Origin: a virus
Lineage: Duplodnaviria > Caudoviricetes
IMG/VR virus record: IMGVR_UViG_2639763197_000004
Location: 1 to 64,000 of that record
DNA: 64,000 nt
Direction: 5' to 3' (one strand)
The notes below the pieces were generated by a model. The model saw nothing but the letters and a program-made list of their open reading frames with translations, had not been told where the DNA came from and ran no database searches. The position numbers and the translations under genes were made by a program. Shown here piece after piece: positions 63,995 through 64,000 of the stretch; within the stretch, counting starts at the first letter, position 1; each line of letters begins with the position of its first letter.

Positions 63995-64000
63995 GCAACG

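Larger units (their letters stand above)
2029..64000. mobile_element. Lambdoid temperate prophage integrated at tRNA-Cys; interrupted by the Mu-like prophage; right end outside the window
   Basis: int-xis, exo/recT, cI-cro-cII, O-dnaB, ninG-Q, holin, terS-terL in lambdoid order; the integrase 3' end reconstructs next to the tRNA. Exact att core boundary not determinable here. Confidence 0.9.

Overview
Pseudomonas-like chromosome window. It opens with ggt and a tRNA-Cys gene. A lambdoid temperate prophage is integrated at the tRNA (integrase, early left operon, immunity, replication, Q, holin, terminase) and runs off the right edge. A complete 34,366-bp Mu-like transposable prophage (2141-36506; TGT...ACA ends; 5-bp GAAGG duplication) has inserted into the last codons of the lambdoid integrase gene without destroying it. 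Main findings: (1) a diversity-generating retroelement (RT, TR, Avd) in the lambdoid early operon that diversifies two tandem non-structural Lcl/DUF1566-like proteins, with every TR/VR difference at a TR adenine; (2) two type II hammerhead ribozymes bracketing a single gene in the Mu-like early operon; (3) an unannotated ~80-nt antisense kissing-loop RNA with its own sigma70-like promoter and terminator, directly behind a MuF protein that has a nuclease-like C-terminal extension, a candidate RNA immunity factor; (4) a 22-bp late-promoter box repeated three times, a -1 frameshift, morons, candidate defence cargo, a two-codon minigene and structured leader RNAs. Protein family names come from motif recognition and gene order, not database searches. 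Alignments and counts were done by hand.
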